Positions 13,689 through 25,787 are shown, counted from the stretch's first letter. The stretch: DNA of 64,000 nt from an uncultured bacterium (GCA_963757755.1 CAVWTK010000004.1:126278-190277), one strand, 5' to 3'. Notes: a model not told the origin generated them from the sequence alone. Numbers and translations are program-made.

Positions 13689-13787
13689 TGCGTGACTGCT
13701 GCCCTGTGGGCGCGGCGCATCATCCGCTCCCGTCTCCCGCCGGCGGACGCTGCGCACCCGTCGAGTGTCGTGGTGGGAGGAGTTTGA

Positions 13788-16090
13788 ATGCCGAAGATTC
13801 ATGCTGATCAACGTCACCCACTCGGAAGAGAGCCGGGTCGGGCATCATCAACGACGGGGTGCTCGAATCGTTTGAGATCGAGTCCCTCAGCCGCGAACAC
13901 CTCAAAGGCAACATCTACAAAGGCGTCATCCACCGCATCCACCCGGCGCTGGAGGCGGCCTTCGTCGACATCGGCGCCGAACGCGACGCCTTCCTGCCGC
14001 TCGACGAGATCTGCTTCCGCAACCTGCCCAACGTCCCGCCGCAACCGGTCGACGAGAACGGCAAGAAGCGGCGCCGCCGCATCCGCGATCTCCTCAAGCC
14101 CGGCGAGCGAGATCCTGGTGCAGATCGCCAAGGAGCAGTTCGCCAACAAGCCGCCGACGCTGACCACGTTCTACTCGCTGCCCGGTCGCTACCTCGTGCT
14201 GCTGCCCGGCTCCGACGAGACCGGCATCTCGCGGCGCATCGAGGGCGAGGAGCGCCAGCGCCTGCGCAAGCTGGTCGAAGATCTCAATCCGCCGGAGGGC
14301 TTCGGCCTCATCGTTCGCACCGCCGCCGGGCTCGACGAGGAAACCGGCGAGCTGAAGCGCGACCTCGACCTATCTGCTGCGCCTCTGGGAGAGCGTGCAG
14401 GAGGCGGCGCGGCACAAGCGCGGTCCGGCCCTGGTCTACCGCGAGCACGACATCGTCCTGCGCACCATCCGCGATCTTCTTCACTCCCGACATCGACGAG
14501 ATCCACATCGACAACGAGGACGTCTATCCTGCGCGCCCGCGATTTCCTGCGCAACGTCATGCCGGGCAAGGAGCACGTCCTGCACTGCTATCGCGGCGAG
14601 CAGCCGATCTTCTCGGCCTTCGACGTCGAGGCGCAGATCGACTCGGTCTTCAAGCGCCGCGTGCCGCTGCAAGCTCGGGCGGCACCATCGTCATCGACGG
14701 CACCGAGGCGTTGACCGCCATCGACGTGAACTCCGGCGGCTCGGTGCGCGGTCCCAATCCCGAGGAGACCGCGTTCCGCACCAACATGGAGGCGGCCGCC
14801 GAGGTGGCCCGCCAGCTCCGCCTGCGCGACATCGGCGGCCTGATCGTCGTCGACTTCATCGACATGCGCGACAACCGCGCACATCCAGGAGGTCGAGCAG
14901 GCCGCTGCGCGCCGCGATGAAGCCCGACAAGGCGCGCCACGAGACCGGCCGCATCTCGCGCCTCGGCCTGCTGGAGATCTCTCGCCAGCGGATGCGTCCG
15001 GCGGCGATGGCGACGACCTACACGTCGTGCCCGATGTGCGAAGGGCACGGCGCGGTGCGCACGACGGAATCGGCGGCGCTGGTCGCGCTGCGCAAGATCC
15101 ACAACCGCGTCGCGCTCGGCGACGTCGCGACCCTGCGCGCCGCGCTGCCGCCGCAGTGTCGCGCTCTACCTGCTGAACCAGAAGCGCGACGACCTCGCGC
15201 GCCTCGAGCAGCGCTACGCGGCGCGCATCCAGGTCGATCTGCGCGAGACCCTGATGCCGCACCAGGTCGAGATCGAGGTGCGCGAGCGGGTCGCCGTTCC
15301 GGCGCTGGAGAAGTCGGTGGCGCCGGGCACCGTGGCGGTCGCCGACGCCCCTCCTGCCGTTGCCGCCGCCGCCAACGGCCATGGCAATGGCGCCGTGGCC
15401 GGCGACAAGAAGAAGCGCCGCCGGCGCGGTCGCAAGCGCGGCGCGGGCCTGCGCGCCGCGAGCGCGATCGGCATCGGCCTGGCGACGCTCGGGGGTCGCG
15501 AGCCGGCCGTCTACGAGGGCGACGTCGCGGAGGTCAGCACCAACGGCCACGCGCCGGCGCCGGAAGCCGCCGCCGCACCCGCGGCCGAAGAGGCCAGCGA
15601 CGCAGCACCCCGCCCTGCCCCGACGGGCGGCGATGCCGCGCGGCGCGGACGCGGCCGCCGCGGTGGACGCGGCCGCCGCGGTGGCGCCGGACGTGAGGGG
15701 CGCCGCGAGGCGACGCCGACGACGCCGGCACACTCCGAGGCCAACGACAGCGCCGCATCGACCCACGACACCGCCGCCCCGGTCCCCGCGGCGGCCGAGC
15801 CCACCCGGGTCGAAGCCGTTGCCGCACCGGTGGAGGCGGCAGCACCGCCGCCCGAGCGCGCCCGGCGCGCCGCGCCGGCGCGTGCGCGGGCCGCTCGCCC
15901 ACGCAAGGCCGCGGCCAAGACCCCGGTCGTACAGGTCAACGGCGACGCGGCGGAGGCACCAGCCCCGAAGCGCCCGCGACGCACAGCCGCGGCGAAGCGG
16001 GTCCCGGCGAAGGCTCCCGCGGGCGGCGCAATGCCGGCCGCCGCGCGGCCGCGGCGGTCGCCCCGCAAGAAGCCGAACGCCGACGCCTGA
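13788..16090 (+). CDS. rne: Ribonuclease E (Rne/Rng family) with long low-complexity C-terminus, frameshifted
   Basis: GNIYKG, AAFVDIG, PGRYLVL, TEALTAIDVNSG, LRLRDIGGLIVVDFIDM, GLLEISRQR, CPMCEG Zn-link. Confidence 0.93.
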
Positions 16091-16180
16091 CCAGCGCGTG
16101 CCGATCACAGGCTCGGTGCTTCAATCCGGACGGGACACCCCGACTGCCCCATAACCTGCGGTTCATCCCAGACAAGTGTC

Positions 16181-16205
16181 CGCGACGGCTTCAAAAGCCG
16201 TCGCG
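16181..16205. terminator. Stem-loop downstream of rne
   Basis: CGCGACGGCTT-caa-AAGCCGTCGCG inverted repeat; no clear U-tract. Confidence 0.5.
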
Positions 16206-16288
16206 GGCGCGATATTTGGCGCTGACGCGGAGGGGGACTCGGGGCTGTCGCGCCGGTCTGTAGTCTCTGCACGATCAGGGCGTACGAC

Positions 16289-17627
16289 GTGACGAGTGCC
16301 GATATTCCGGGGAAGCCGGCGCCTGGCCGCGGCTCAGCCGCGGCTGAGCCGCGGCCAGGCGCCGGGCTGGTGCGTCACGATCCCGTGGCCGACGGGCTGC
16401 CTCCCGATCGGGCCTTCCGCCTCCTGCGCTACACGCTGATCGTCGCGACCGCCTACCTGCTCATCGTCGAGGAGAACCTCAACCTCCCGCCGATCCCCGC
16501 CCTGCTCCTCATCGTCGCGGCGTTGACGTCGAACGTCCTCATCTCGCTCCTGCCCTCGCGCCTGATCAATTCGCCGTACTTCGGTCCGACGATCATCATC
16601 TGCGACACCCTCTGGATCACCACCGCGCTGCTGATCAGCGGCAAGTTCACCGCCGAGTTCTTCTTCCTCTACTTCTTCATCCTGCTCCTCGCCGCGATCG
16701 GCGAGACGCTGTGGCTGATCGCGCTCGCCGCGGTCGCCGTGTGCGGCGCGTACCTCTACGTGATGTCGGTGACGGTCGGCGGCTGGTCCTGGACGTCGTC
16801 GCCATCGCTGATCCGCATTCCGTTCCTGTTCACCGCCGCCGCCTTCTACGGCTATCTCGTCGATCGCACCCGCCAGGAACGCCACCGCGCCCAGGAGGCG
16901 GACCGCATCAAGTCGGAGTTCCTCGGCAGCATCTCGCATGAGCTGCGCACGCCGCTCACCGTCATTCTCGGCTACGTCGATCTGCTGCTGGAGGACGAGT
17001 TCGGCACCGTGCCGTCGGAGCAGCGCCAGGTCCTCGGCAAGGTCCAGGCGGCGGGCGAGAACCTGCATCGCTACCTGACCCGCCTGCTCGACGTGAGCCG
17101 GCTGGTGAACCGACTGCAGTCCGGCCGCGAGGTCATCATGTGCGGCGACGTGCCGCTGGCCGGCGTCTTCAGCGAGCTGCGCCACGACTTCCCCGACGCC
17201 GACGGCGGCGCACGCGTCGTCTGGCCGGCGGCCGAAGGACTCCCGACGTCTGTACACGGATCGCGAGAAGGTCCTCACCGTCCTGCGCAACCTCGTCGAG
17301 AACGCGGTCAAATACGGCGCCGGCAAGCCGGTGACCGTCGAGGTCGCGAGCGAGCCGCGCACCGACACGGTGGTGCTGCGGATCAGCGACCAGGGTATCG
17401 GCATCGCGGCCGACGACGTGCCGTACGTCTTCGATCCCTTCCGCCGCACCGCCGGCGCCGTCGCGACGCACGCCCAGGGCGTCGGGCTCGGCCTCTACAT
17501 CGTGAAGCAGTTCGTGGAGCTGCTGCGCGGCACGATCCAGGTCGAATCGGGCCTCGGCAGCGGCACGACGTTCACCGTACGCCTGCCGCGCCAGCTGCGC
17601 CGCGCCCCCGACGCGGCCCGGTGGTAA
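16289..17627 (+). CDS. Membrane sensor histidine kinase (one frameshift near 17250)
   Basis: Multi-TM N-terminus, SHELRTPL, NLVENAVKY, DQGIG, GVGLGL. Confidence 0.9.
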
Positions 17628-17714
17628 ATCACCACTCGCGGATCCCCCGTCGAGTACGGCGCGGCGGTCTCAACGCCCGCCGCGCCGCCCCGCCGCCAAC
17701 CCGTCCGGCGCGCC

Positions 17715-18431
17715 TCAGCGGCCCATCTTGTGGCGGAACAGGCGCGCCCGCCGCGTGCTGCCGTCGAGCTCGATGAAGAGGAACCCGCGCACCACCATCG
17801 CGAAGTAGAGGAACAGCGACACCAGCGCGACGCGCCCCACCAACGGCAGGATCCCGTCACCGAGCGGTAGCCGCCACAACACCAGCACACCCGCGATGAA
17901 CAAGAGGTTCGGCGGAAACCACTCGATCCAGTTGGCGGCGATGAACTGGTAGCTGCGCGAGAGCAGATCCACGACCCCGGAGTGACCAAGGTAGATCAGC
18001 TCGGGTACGGCGTTGAACAGCACGACCAGCACCAGGTTGATCGCCAACACCGCGACGTGACCCTGCGGGAGCTGATGCAGAAAGGGCGTCGCCACGAACC
18101 AGAACAGCCAGAGCACGAAGCTGACGCCGACGACGTCCCAGAGGTACACCCCGAAGCTGCGGGTGAAGTCCTCCCAGGTGACGCGGTTCGTGCGCACGAT
18201 CATCTCGACCAAGTAGAGGAACGAGCTCGCGCAGGCGGCGAAGAGCAGCGACATCAGGAAGCCGCCGATCAGCCCGACGAACACCGCGAGATAGCCGCCC
18301 AGCCAGAGGATCGCGGCGTACGCAAACACCGACAGCAGCACCGCCCAGTTGCGCACGGCGAGCGTGCCGCCGCGCGCCCCGGCACGGCGGTAGATGTCGA
18401 GCGTGACGGTGAGGGATTCGAGGACGGCCAT
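17715..18431 (-). CDS. Hypothetical integral membrane protein
   Basis: Intact 238-aa hydrophobic ORF with coding-like codon bias. Confidence 0.8.
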   Translation of the reverse strand: MAVLESLTVTLDIYRRAGARGGTLAVRNWAVLLSVFAYAAILWLGGYLAVFVGLIGGFLMSLLFAACASSFLYLVEMIVRTNRVTWEDFTRSFGVYLWDVVGVSFVLWLFWFVATPFLHQLPQGHVAVLAINLVLVVLFNAVPELIYLGHSGVVDLLSRSYQFIAANWIEWFPPNLLFIAGVLVLWRLPLGDGILPLVGRVALVSLFLYFAMVVRGFLFIELDGSTRRARLFRHKMGR

Positions 18432-18465
18432 ACCGCGAGAGGCGGCGGACTCTAACGGCCGTCGG

Positions 18466-19584
18466 CTACAGGGTCAACGCGCGCCCGCCCGGTTCGTCAA
18501 ACCGGTCCATCGAGAGCACCTGGTCCCACTCCGAGCGCTCGCCCCGGAGCAGGCCGGCCGCCAGCTCGGCGGAGAGCGGCGCCAACAGCACGCCGTCGGC
18601 ATCATGACCGGTGGCGACCACGTAGTGGCGCACCAGGGGATCCAGACTCACGATCGGACGGCCATCGGCCGTCGCCGGGCGGAGCCCTGACCAGCTCGCC
18701 ACCAGCGGCAGCCGGGCAAACCCCGGCGCCAACTCCACCCCGGCCGCCAGCACGTCGCCCAGGCCGCCGGCGGTGACCTGCTTGCGGAAGCCGACCGCTT
18801 CGCGCGTGCTCCCGAGCAGGACGCGGCCGTCGCGGCGCGCGACCGCGTAGCCGCGCACGGTGCGCAGCGCGTGGCGGAGCGGCGGGCGGGCGGCCTGCAG
18901 AACCGCGATCTGGCCGCGCACCGGCTGTACGGGCAACGGGGTCATGCCGCGCACCCGACCGGCCCAGGCGCCCATCGCGTTGACGGCGGCGCTGCAGGCG
19001 ACCCGGCGCGACGCGGTGACGACGCCGGCGACCGCGCCGCGCTCGACCACGACCGACCGCACCTCCTCGCCGGCGTACAGCGTGCACCCGGCCGCGACGG
19101 CGGCACGCGCCAGTACGGCCGTCAGCGCCGCGGGATCCAGGCGGCCGTCGAGCGGGAAGAGCGCGCCGCCGCGCGCCCCATGGCTCAGCTCCGGCTCGAG
19201 CGTCCGCAGCCGGCGGACGGACAGCGCCTCGGCCGGCGCCCCCGCGGCGGCGAGCATCGCGAGACGCCGCTCGAGCTGCGCCGTGTCGACGGGGGTGAAG
19301 GCGACGCCGAGCGTGCCCTGGCGCCAGAACTCGACGCGCTCGCCGGTCTCGTCGGCGAGCGCGTCGAGCAGCGCCGGATAGAGCGCGCGGCTGGCCAGAC
19401 CGAGCCGCAACGCCGCCTCATCGGCGCTCTCGCCCTGCACCCCGAGCATGCCCGCCGCGGCGCCCGACGCCTCGCCGCCGATGCGGCCGCGCTCGAAGAG
19501 GGCGACGCGCAGGCGCGCGCGCGCGAGCAGCCGGGCGGTGGCACAGCCGATCAACCCGCCACCGAGCACCGCCACGTCGAACAT
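18466..19584 (-). CDS. thiO: Glycine oxidase ThiO / DAO-family FAD oxidoreductase
   Basis: GGGLIG, EASGAAAGML, PVRGQ, WSGLRP, ATGH..GVLLAP. Confidence 0.8.
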   Translation of the reverse strand: MFDVAVLGGGLIGCATARLLARARLRVALFERGRIGGEASGAAAGMLGVQGESADEAALRLGLASRALYPALLDALADETGERVEFWRQGTLGVAFTPVDTAQLERRLAMLAAAGAPAEALSVRRLRTLEPELSHGARGGALFPLDGRLDPAALTAVLARAAVAAGCTLYAGEEVRSVVVERGAVAGVVTASRRVACSAAVNAMGAWAGRVRGMTPLPVQPVRGQIAVLQAARPPLRHALRTVRGYAVARRDGRVLLGSTREAVGFRKQVTAGGLGDVLAAGVELAPGFARLPLVASWSGLRPATADGRPIVSLDPLVRHYVVATGHDADGVLLAPLSAELAAGLLRGERSEWDQVLSMDRFDEPGGRALTL

Positions 19585-19764
19585 CGGGCGCCATTCTCGC
19601 ACGAGCGAGTGGCACCGCAAGAGACGGCGTGAGCGCGTATGCCGGTTTACCCGTGATGCACGATGCCGGCTCGACGGTGGAGGACGGTACCAGCCCACGG
19701 GCGCGCCGGCTCACGCCGGCCCCTCGACATCGACATCGGCAGCCGGGCCGGCTATCGCATCCCC

Positions 19765-20673
19765 ATGCGGCTCGTCTGCGCGACGCACGGCGCCCTGCCC
19801 TTCACGACCGACGCGCCCGACGACGACGAGATCGCCGCGACGCTGCGACGACAGGCGGACGCCGGCATGGACGTCATCACCGACGGACAGCCGGGATGGG
19901 CGGATCCCATCTCGCCGATCCTCTCCGCGCTCGCGGGCGTCCGGCTGGGCGCGCCGTGCACATTGCCCCTCGGCATCGCCCTCCCGGCGCGGCCGATCGT
20001 CGAGGCCAAGCTGCGCCGGCTGCACAGCCCGTTGCTCGACGCCTATCGACGCGCCGCGCCACAAGCGACGCGGCCGCTGAAGGCGGTGCTGACGGGTCCC
20101 TACACGCTGGCGTGCGCGGCGGCGATCGCCACGACCGCCTATCGGCACGCCACCGACGTCGCGAGCGACCTCAGCATGCTGCTCGCCCAGGACGTCACCG
20201 CCCTCGTCGTCGCCGGCGCGCGCGTCGTGCAGATCGACGAGCCCCTCCTCCTGGCCCGACCGGACGACGCGAAGCTCGTGCGGACGCTGCTCGAGCCCCT
20301 GGTCGACGCCGCCCAGGGCGCGACGGTGCTGATCGCGACCTACGGCGCCGACGCGGGCACGACCTATGCCCAGCTCAACTCACTCCCCGGCGATTTCATC
20401 GCCGTCGACTGCGCCGGCCGTCCGGACATGATCGACGCGATCGCCGAGACCGGGTCCGGCAAGCCGCTGGCGCTCGGCCTCGTCGATGCGACGAACCCGA
20501 CGCCCGAGGACCCGTCCGCCCTGGCGCGCCTGCTCGAACGCCTGCTCGGGCGCTACATCCACGACACCGTGTGGATCCAGCCGGCCGCAGGCTTGCGCGC
20601 GTTATCCGCCGCGGCGGCGGACGCCAAGCTGCGCGCCGTGGCGCGCGCGGCGGCGACCTTCAGCGGCCGCTGA
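19765..20673 (+). CDS. Single-barrel cobalamin-independent methionine synthase-like protein lacking Zn ligands
   Basis: QADAGMDVITDGQ, KAVLTGPYTLA, VQIDEP, LGLVDA. Confidence 0.8.
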   Translation: MRLVCATHGALPFTTDAPDDDEIAATLRRQADAGMDVITDGQPGWADPISPILSALAGVRLGAPCTLPLGIALPARPIVEAKLRRLHSPLLDAYRRAAPQATRPLKAVLTGPYTLACAAAIATTAYRHATDVASDLSMLLAQDVTALVVAGARVVQIDEPLLLARPDDAKLVRTLLEPLVDAAQGATVLIATYGADAGTTYAQLNSLPGDFIAVDCAGRPDMIDAIAETGSGKPLALGLVDATNPTPEDPSALARLLERLLGRYIHDTVWIQPAAGLRALSAAAADAKLRAVARAAATFSGR

Positions 20674-20955
20674 TCAGTGAACCACCGCGGATTCACTCAG
20701 CCCGGCGAGCGTTTCGTCGCTGAGCCGCACCGTGCCGTGGGCGGCGTCGAACACCACCACGCCATCGGCGAGCAGACGCGCCAGGGCGGTGCGCAGCACC
20801 GCGGGCGGGGCATCCACCAGCGCCGCCGCGGCGCTCGGCGACAGCCCACTCTCGCCGGCAAAGAGAACCTGACCCGTGATCAACACCCGCAACAAAGCAA
20901 AAGCCGCCTCGGCGTGGGTGCGCAGAGGCCGGCCCTCGAGATGATCGATTCGCAT
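20674..20955 (-). CDS. Small hypothetical protein (possible winged HTH)
   Basis: 93-aa ORF with LRTALARLLADGVV pattern; near-consensus sigma54 motif upstream. Confidence 0.6.
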   Translation of the reverse strand: MRIDHLEGRPLRTHAEAAFALLRVLITGQVLFAGESGLSPSAAAALVDAPPAVLRTALARLLADGVVVFDAAHGTVRLSDETLAGLSESAVVH

Positions 20956-20967
20956 GTCCCGTCAATC

Positions 20968-20983
20968 AGCAACCGATATGCCA
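20968..20983 (-). promoter_or_regulatory. Putative sigma54 promoter
   Basis: TGGCATATCGGTTGCT on the minus strand. Confidence 0.7.
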
Positions 20984-21138
20984 GCCATCCGGCACGGCGG
21001 CACGCGGCTCCGCGCCCCAGGCGTACGGAATTGGAAGGGACAGTGCCAAAGTCGTAACGCGCTGCCCCCTGGCGGCGGTCAGCCTTTCGAGCCTTCGGCC
21101 TCCAGCCAGAGTGGTTCCCGCCCGCAGCTGAGGGCTGA

Positions 21139-21528
21139 CTACCGCAGCAAATCGTAGAGCGCCTGCAGGTCTTTTCTGACCCGCACCAGCGCGTTGCGGT
21201 AGGTGCGCTCGCCGAGCGGCAGGGTGAGCTGGGGGCGCGGCTCGGCGGTCGGACTGGTGACCTTGGCGAGCGATTTGAGCCGGCGCTTCGCGCCCTCGAT
21301 GGTGTAGCGCTCGTTGTGCAGCAAACGCTTGATCTCGAGCAGGGATTCGACGTCGCGACGACGATACAGGCGGTGCTGCGAGCGCGTCTTGCCGGGTCGA
21401 ATGATCGAGAACTCAGTTTCCCAGTAGCGCAGCACGTAGGGCTTCACGCCCACGATCTTCGCCACCTCGCCGATCTTGAAGTACAGCTTGTCGGGGAGCT
21501 CGGGACCGGTGGCGGACATGGCTGTCAC
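21139..21528 (-). CDS. MerR-family regulator, typically found after ihfA
   Basis: LPDKLYFKIGEV..VLRYWETEF..YTIEGAK. Confidence 0.92.
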   Translation of the reverse strand: MTAMSATGPELPDKLYFKIGEVAKIVGVKPYVLRYWETEFSIIRPGKTRSQHRLYRRRDVESLLEIKRLLHNERYTIEGAKRRLKSLAKVTSPTAEPRPQLTLPLGERTYRNALVRVRKDLQALYDLLR

Positions 21529-21812
21529 GGCTCGGGATTCATGCTCTTCTTCAGCATGGGGCTGGCCTTGAAGCCCAGCACGCGGCGCCCGCGGATGATG
21601 ATGGTCTCGCCGGTCTGCGGGTTGCGACCCTTGCGCGGCCGCTTCTCGTGGACGACGAAATTGCCGAAACCCGAGACTTTGACCTTCTGGCCGCGCTCGA
21701 GCTGCGCCTTGATGACCTCGAAGATCGAGTCGACCACCTCACTTGCCTCTTTCTTCGAGAATCCCACGCGTTCGTGGATGCGCTCGACGATGTCGGCCTT
21801 GGTCAACGCCAT
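21525..21812 (-). CDS. ihfA: Integration host factor alpha subunit
   Basis: MALTKADI, SGFGNF, RKGRNPQTGE; follows pheT. Confidence 0.93.
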   Translation of the reverse strand: MALTKADIVERIHERVGFSKKEASEVVDSIFEVIKAQLERGQKVKVSGFGNFVVHEKRPRKGRNPQTGETIIIRGRRVLGFKASPMLKKSMNPEP

Positions 21813-21846
21813 CGGTCCACCTCCGGTGCAAGGGCCCCGCGGGCCG

Positions 21847-24260
21847 TCACTCGCGCAGGGCCACGCCGAGCTCGCGGGTCAGGGCGCCGCGCAGGTCGTT
21901 CTGTAGCCCGTTCACTTCCTCATCGGTGAGGGTACGATCGGCCGCCCGGTAGGCGATGCTGTAGGCCAGGCTCTTGCGGCCGGCTGGAATGGGCGCGCCG
22001 GCATAGGCGTCGAACAACGACACCTCTTCGATCAGGTCCGGCCGCCAATGACGCACGAATTGCACGATTCGCTCCGACGGGAAGCTCTCGTCGACCACCA
22101 CCGCGACGTCTCGCACGGTTGCCGGGAAACGCGGCAATCCAACAAAAGCAGAACGTTGCGGACAGTATGGAAGGAGTTTTTCGATGTCAAGCTCGAAACC
22201 CCAGCACTCCTCCGCCAGATCCAGGGCGAAGGCCGCGTCCGGGTGTAGGGCACCCACCACGCCCACCTGCTCTTCGCCGCAGACCAGGATGGCGGTCTTG
22301 CCGGGATGGAACGGCAACGCCTCTCCGCTCGCCTCGAATCGCACCTGATCGCTGACACCCAGGCGTTCCAACAGCAGTTCGACCGCCCCCTTCGCGTCGG
22401 CAAAGGTCGCCGTCGGTGCGGCTCCGAGGCCGCGCCGTGGCAGGTCGCCTACCAGCAGGCCCGACAGCCGCCACGCCTCCTGGGGCCCCTCGAGTTGCCA
22501 GTACACCCGCCCGACGCTCATCACGGCCAGACCCCTCGCGCCCTGATTACGGTTGGTGCGCCACGCGGCCAGCAGGCCGGGTAGCAGGCTGCGCCGCATC
22601 TCCGGCTCGTCGCGGTTGATCGGGTTGGCGACCTCCACCGCCGCGCCGGGCACACCGAGGCCCGGAAAGAGCCCATTGGTCGCGGTCGCCACGAAGCTCA
22701 GCGACACCGCCTCGTAGAAGCCATTGGCGATCAGCACCCGCTTGAGCTCGCGCTCCCAGACCATGCGCTTCGGCAGCGTGCCGCGAATCATCGGCGCGGT
22801 CGGCATTGCCGCGACGATGCGCTCGTAGCCGAGCACGCGCGCCACTTCCTCGACGAGATCGATCTCGCGCGAGAGATCGCGCCGGTAGCTCGGCGGGGTC
22901 ACCAGCAACGCCCCCTGAGGCGCGCTGCCGATGCCGGCGCCGAGCGCCTTCAGCGCGCCGCTCATCTCGGCGCGCGGCACGCTGACGCCGAGCAATTCCT
23001 CGACGCGCTTCGGCCGCAGCGTGGATGGCGGTCGGCTTGTACGGCTGCGGATACGCCTCGACGATGCCCGGCGCGATCTCGCCGCCAGCCAGTTGCTTCA
23101 ACAGCGCCGCGGCGCGGTCGGCGGCGCTCGGCACGCCTTCGATGTCGACACCCCGTTCGAAACGGAACGACGCCTCGGAGCGCAGCTCGAGTGCGGCGCG
23201 CGGTGCGGCGGATACTCGCGGGATCGAAACAGGCCGACTCGAGCAGCACCGTCGTGGTGCGATCGGTCACCTCGGTGTCGGCGCCACCCATGACGCCGGC
23301 CAGCGCGATCGGCGTCGTCGCCGGTGGTGATCAGCAGGTCGTCGGGTGCCAGGCTGCGGTCGACGCCGTCGAGCGTGCGAAGCGTCCGCGTGCGCGCCGG
23401 CGCGGCGCACGACGATCTCGCGGCCGATCGAGCGTCGGTCGTAGTCGAAGGCGTGCAGCGGCTGGCCGCGCTCGATCATGACCAGGTTGGTCACGTCGAC
23501 GACGTTGTTGATCGGCGCGCAGGCCGACCGCGGCCAGCCGCCGCTGCCAGCCACGGCGGCGACGGCCGACGCGTGACCCCGCGCACCAGGCGCGCGGCGT
23601 AGCGCGGACAGCCGAGTGGGTCGTCGATGCGCACGCCGATCGCCTCGACCGCCGGAGCGACCGCGTCTCCCGCACGGCGCTGCGCGTGCGCGGCATGCGA
23701 CTGCGCCGGTGAGCGCGGCGATCTCGCGCGCGATGCCGAGCATGCTCAGGCAGTCGCCGCGGTTCGGCGTCACGTCGATGTCGAGCACGGTGTCCTCGAC
23801 GCCGAGGTGCACCGCCGAGGCGCTGGCCCAGCGGCGCGTCGGCGCCGAGGAGGAGGATGCCGTCGCGCGCCGGGGCCGAGACCGAGCTCGGCCTCCGAGC
23901 ACAGCATGCCAGCCGACGATGACGCCGCGGATCTCGGCCTGCGTCGATGCGCCGTTCCCCCGGCAGCCTCGCGCCCGGGGGCGCATAGGCGACGCGATCG
24001 CCGGCCTTCATGTTGCGCGCGCCGCAGACGACCGACACCGTCGGCGCACTGCCGGTGCGCACCTCGCAGAGCGTCAGGCGCTCGGCGGGGGATGCGGGGC
24101 GGTGCTGAGAATCTCCGCCACCACCACGTCGCGGATCTCGGCGCCGAGCGTCTCGACGCTGTCGACCACCAGTCCGCCGAGCGACAGCCGCTCGCAGAGC
24201 GCGGGCGTGTCGAGCTCGATCGGCGACGAATTCGCGCAGCCAGCTCAGCAGGACTTTCAT
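21847..24260 (-). CDS. pheT: Phenylalanyl-tRNA synthetase beta subunit (many indels)
   Basis: [48 protein letters not shown]-terminal DRTLTDEE. Confidence 0.96.
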
Positions 24261-24278
24261 CGGCGCGGCGCTCCCGGC

Positions 24279-25308
24279 TCAGAACTGGCGCAGGAAGCGC
24301 AGGTCGTTGGCGAAGAACAGGCGGATGTCGTCGATCTGGTACTTCAGCATGGTGATGCGCTCGATGCCCATGCCGAAGGCGAAGCCGGACACCTCCTCCG
24401 GATCGTAGCCGACGGCGCGGAAGACGTTCGGGTCGATCATGCCGGCGCCGAGGATCTCCACCCAGCCGCTGCCCTTGCAGATGCGGCAGCCGCGCTCGCC
24501 GCCGCGCGGCAGCCGAAGCAGCCGATGTCCACCTCGGCGCTCGGCTCGGTGAAGGGGAAGAAGCTCGGCCGCAGGCGCACGCGGCGTCTCGGCGCCGAAG
24601 ATCGCCTGCAGCGCGTGCGTGAGGACGCCCTTCAGGTCGCCGAAGGTGATGCGCTTGTCCACCATGAAGCCCTCGATCTGGTGGAACATCGGCGAGTGCG
24701 TGATGTCGCTGTCGTGGCGGTAGACGACGCCCGGGGACGATGACGCGCAGCGGCGGCTGGCTGCGTCTCCATGACGCGGATCTGCACCGGCGAGGTGTGG
24801 GTGCGCAGGACGTGGCCGTCGGTGACGAAGAACGTGTCCTGCATGTCGCGCGCCGGATGGTCGGCGGGAAAGTTGAGGGCCTCGAAGTTGTGGTAGTCGT
24901 CCTCGATCTCGGGGCCCTCGGCGACGCTGAAGCCGAGGCCGCAGAACACGTCGACGATCTCGTCCATCATCTGCGTGATCGGATGCAGCGCGGCCGAGCG
25001 CGAGCGGCGGCCCGGGCACGGTGACGTCGATGCGCTCGGCGGCGGCCCGCGAGCGCGGCGCCGCTCCGCGCGGTGCGTCGAGCGCCTCGTCGATGCGCGT
25101 CTCGACCTCGTCCTTGATCGCGTTGAGCAGCGCGCCCATGGCCGGGCCGCTCGTCCGGCGGCACGTCGCGCATGCAGGCGGACGACGGTGGTCAGCTCGC
25201 CCTTGCGGCCGAGGAAGCGGACGCGAACCGCCTCGACCGCCGCCTCGTCGCCGCCTCGGCGAGCGCCGCCAGGGCGGCGGCGCGGATGCGTTCCAGGGCG
25301 TCCTTCAT
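24279..25308 (-). CDS. pheS: Phenylalanyl-tRNA synthetase alpha subunit (indels)
   Basis: [43 protein letters not shown]. Confidence 0.96.
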
Positions 25309-25424
25309 GCGCGGCGTCGCCGGTTCAGCGGTCGGGGAGCGATTCAGGACGACGGCTGAAGGCCGACGGAGAGAGCCGCCATTCTCCGCCATCCGTCGTC
25401 GTTCGGCTTTCGTCCGGCGCGTGC

Positions 25425-25787
25425 TCAGGCCGCGAGCTGCGCCTTGGCGACCTCGGCGACGGCGTTGAAGCCGTCCGGGTCGCGCATCGCCAGATCGGCG
25501 AGCATCTTGCGGTCGATCTCGATGCCGCCCTTCTTCAGGCCGTGCATGAGCTGGCAGTAGCTCAGGCCCGACCAGACGGGCGGCGGCGTTGATGCGCACG
25601 ATCCACAGGCCGCGGAACTCGCGCTTCGCACCCGGCGGTCGCGGTAGGCGTAGACGAGGCCCTTCTCGACCGTCTCGCGCGCCTGCGCGATACAGCTTGC
25701 GCCGGCCGCCGACGTTGCCCTTGGCGAGCTTGAGGATCTTCTTGATGACTTGGCGAGTCCCTTGGTGCCGCGTTTAGCGCGTGGCAT
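25425..25787 (-). CDS. rplT: 50S ribosomal protein L20 (indels)
   Basis: MPRAKRG, YAYRDRR, LWIVRINAA, IDRKMLADLA. Confidence 0.95.
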   Translation of the reverse strand: MPRAKRGTKGLAKSSRRSSSSPRATSAAGASCIAQARETVEKGLVYAYRDRRVRSASSAACGSCASTPPPVWSGLSYCQLMHGLKKGGIEIDRKMLADLAMRDPDGFNAVAEVAKAQLAA

